From assembly GCA_963849325.1 (NCBI GenBank), contig CAWKHF010000002.1:768001-832000 (forward strand): a DNA stretch of 64,000 nucleotides, written 5' to 3'. Both the position numbers and the translations under genes were made by a program. The number at the start of each line of letters is the position of its first letter. Position 1 is the stretch's first letter. Positions 62,184 to 64,000 of this stretch are shown here, in pieces. This DNA is from an uncultured Planctomycetota bacterium (GTDB lineage Bacteria > Planctomycetota > Planctomycetia > Gemmatales > Gemmataceae). The notes beneath the pieces were generated by a model, which saw only the letters and a program-made list of their open reading frames with translations, did not search any database and had not been told where the DNA came from.

Positions 62184-63554
62184 ATGCTGCACCTGTGCGG
62201 CCGCAGTCCGCGTTTGTGTGACGGCCTGAGCCGGCGTGAGTTTCTTCGCGCCGGCGGCCTGGGGCTGGCCGGTCTTTCCCTCCCTGACCTGTTCCGCGCG
62301 GAGGCCGCGCCGGCTCGAAATCGCATCCGCAGCGTCATCCAACTCTTTCTCTGGGGCGGCCCCTCGCAGCTGGAAACCTTCGACCTGAAACCGCACGCCC
62401 CCTCCGGCATCCGGGGCACATTCCGGCCCATCACCACGCGCACACCAGGGATGCAAATCTGCGAGCACCTGCCGCGCCTGGCCCAGCTCAGCGAGCAGTA
62501 CGCCCTCGTCCGTTCGCTGACGCACACCGGCACCAACCACGGCACCAGCGCCTATCACATGCTGACGGGCCACATCCATTTCAGCCCCGGCACGCTGCGC
62601 CATCCGGCGCCCAACGACTTCCCCAGCGTCAACGCTGCTGTCAACCGCTTCGCCCGTCCGCCGCGAGACATGCCGGCCACGGTCTCGCTGCCGTCGGTCC
62701 TCTACGATGGCGACGGCGGCGAGGTGCCCGGCCAGGGTCCCGGCCTGCTCGGCCAGCGTTTCACTCCGTTCATGGTCAACGGCGATCCGACGCAGCCAGA
62801 CTTCTCGATCCGAACGCTGACGCTGCCCGGCGACATGGACGGCCGCCGCTTGCGCGGCCGCATCGAGTTGCAAACCGCCCTCGACCGCGAGGGCGAACGC
62901 CTCGCCCGCCTGTCGTCGGCCCGCGCCATGGACGACTATCACGAACAGGCGTTTCGTCTGCTCCAGTCGCCGGCGGCGCGGCGGGCGTTCGACCTGTCCG
63001 CCGAGCCGGCCCGGCTGCGCCAGCGCTACGGCTGGCATCACTTCGGCCAAAGTTGCTTGCTGGCCCGCCGTCTCGTCGAAGCGCGCGTCCGTCTCGTCAC
63101 CGTGTACTGGAACGCGCCGACCAACGCCGACAACCAGAGCTGGGACACGCACAACAACAGCTTCGAGCGCCTCAGCAAGTATCTGCTTCCGGCCTACGAT
63201 CAGGCCGTGTCGGCGCTGCTGGAGGATCTGCAAGCGCGCGGCCTGCTGTCCGAAACGCTGGTCTTCAGCGCCGGCGAATTCGGCCGCACGCCGAAGATCA
63301 ACAAGCAGGCCGGCCGCGATCACTGGGGCTTTTGCCAGTCGATCTTGCTGTCCGGCGGCGGCGTACGCGGCGGTCAGGTGTACGGCTCCTCGGACGCCAC
63401 GGCCGCCTACGCCGCCGAGTTGCCGGTCAGCCCCGATGACCTCGCGGCGACTGTCTTCCACGGCCTGGGCATTCCGCTCGATCAGGAGATCCACGACAGC
63501 CAGGGTCGGCCGCTGCCCCTGTGCATCGGCAAACCCGTCGTGGGATTGTTCTGA
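62184..63554 (+). CDS. DUF1501 family protein
   Basis: SRREFLRAG, GGPSQLETFDLKP, GQSCLLARRLVE, WDTH, GEFGRTP and GRDHW. Confidence 0.92.
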   Translation: MLHLCGRSPRLCDGLSRREFLRAGGLGLAGLSLPDLFRAEAAPARNRIRSVIQLFLWGGPSQLETFDLKPHAPSGIRGTFRPITTRTPGMQICEHLPRLAQLSEQYALVRSLTHTGTNHGTSAYHMLTGHIHFSPGTLRHPAPNDFPSVNAAVNRFARPPRDMPATVSLPSVLYDGDGGEVPGQGPGLLGQRFTPFMVNGDPTQPDFSIRTLTLPGDMDGRRLRGRIELQTALDREGERLARLSSARAMDDYHEQAFRLLQSPAARRAFDLSAEPARLRQRYGWHHFGQSCLLARRLVEARVRLVTVYWNAPTNADNQSWDTHNNSFERLSKYLLPAYDQAVSALLEDLQARGLLSETLVFSAGEFGRTPKINKQAGRDHWGFCQSILLSGGGVRGGQVYGSSDATAAYAAELPVSPDDLAATVFHGLGIPLDQEIHDSQGRPLPLCIGKPVVGLF

Positions 63555-63597
63555 GTGCGGTAAGCTGGCGCTCTCACCCGCATCGCCGCGAATGAGG

Positions 63598-63642
63598 AAA
63601 AAGAAGGACGCCCGGCGGACCATCCGCCGGGCGTCTTCTCTT
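63598..63642. terminator. Bidirectional terminator, strongest on the minus strand
   Basis: GACGCCCGGCGGA / TCCGCCGGGCGTC flanked by AAAAAGAA on the left and TTCTCTT on the right. Confidence 0.8.
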
Positions 63643-63800
63643 GGGGAAGAGTTGGTGCCTGTTGTGAAAGAGATGGCCGGGCGCCTACCGACCGGCGACA
63701 GTTGGCCCACAGTGTCCGAGGCAGGGATCTTTCCACACGGGTGGCGCCGTGGACCGTCCGAACGCCCGCCGGCAGAGCAAACCCGGCTCATCTCTCGTGC
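63598..63800 (-). ncRNA. Candidate structured non-coding RNA (long irregular rod)
   Basis: Three nested helices between 63668 and 63796, with G-U pairs valid on the minus strand, followed by the U-tailed terminator. No credible ORF. Confidence 0.45.
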
Positions 63801-64000
63801 TCGCTCGGGCCGCTCCTCTGTTCGTCGGATAAACGCGGCGAAACGGGCGACTTCGCGCGATGGCTGTTTTTTCTCCAGAATTGTTGGGCGAATGCCGGCA
63901 GACTCGCTTCTACGGCGGGACGCATCCGCGCATCAATCTTACGCTTTTTTAACTTTCTTCTTGCATCGCGGTCATCGGGTTGCTACAAGAGGACGAATTC

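Noticed and set aside
62037-63791. 584-aa minus-strand ORF and similar long antisense ORFs (20770..22347, 42712..44310, 60193..61632)
   Set aside because: Shadow ORFs opposite well-supported genes, expected in high-GC DNA; no recognisable motifs.
63770-63815. c-di-GMP-I riboswitch suggested by GCAAACC
   Set aside because: No GNRA-capped P2 or downstream GCAAAGC element; the segment is better explained as one arm of the long rod.

Overview
GC-rich chromosomal window from a planctomycete, probably Gemmataceae/Isosphaeraceae-like (inferred from TIGR03000, DUF1501 and Uma2 genes, PDZ protease paralogues and many palindromic REP-like repeats). It holds MFS transporters, a Rad52/Rad22-family annealing gene, a flgFGAHIJNKL flagellar operon, HU, pdxJ and an A2-type cytochrome c oxidase cluster with maturation genes. 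It also holds three toxin-antitoxin pairs, rluD, a parvulin PPIase, three HtrA-like genes, two ABC systems, ettA, a Ser/Thr kinase, a Ski2-like helicase and a DUF1501 gene. About 20 genes carry 1-2 nt indels, which looks like uncorrected long-read error rather than real pseudogenes. Best lead: a small membrane-protein gene missing from the ORF track, at the end of the oxidase cluster (26479-26806). It reads signal peptide, then C-P-S-[TGA], then stays in frame, with a bacterial SECIS-like hairpin at the expected distance. It is a candidate CxxU selenoprotein tied to Cu/heme oxidase assembly. Other leads: two solitary attC-like cassettes, a LexA-like palindrome before the Rad52-like gene, an MPG-fold glycosylase-like gene, an active/degenerate protease pair, and a terminated rod-shaped ncRNA candidate near the right end.
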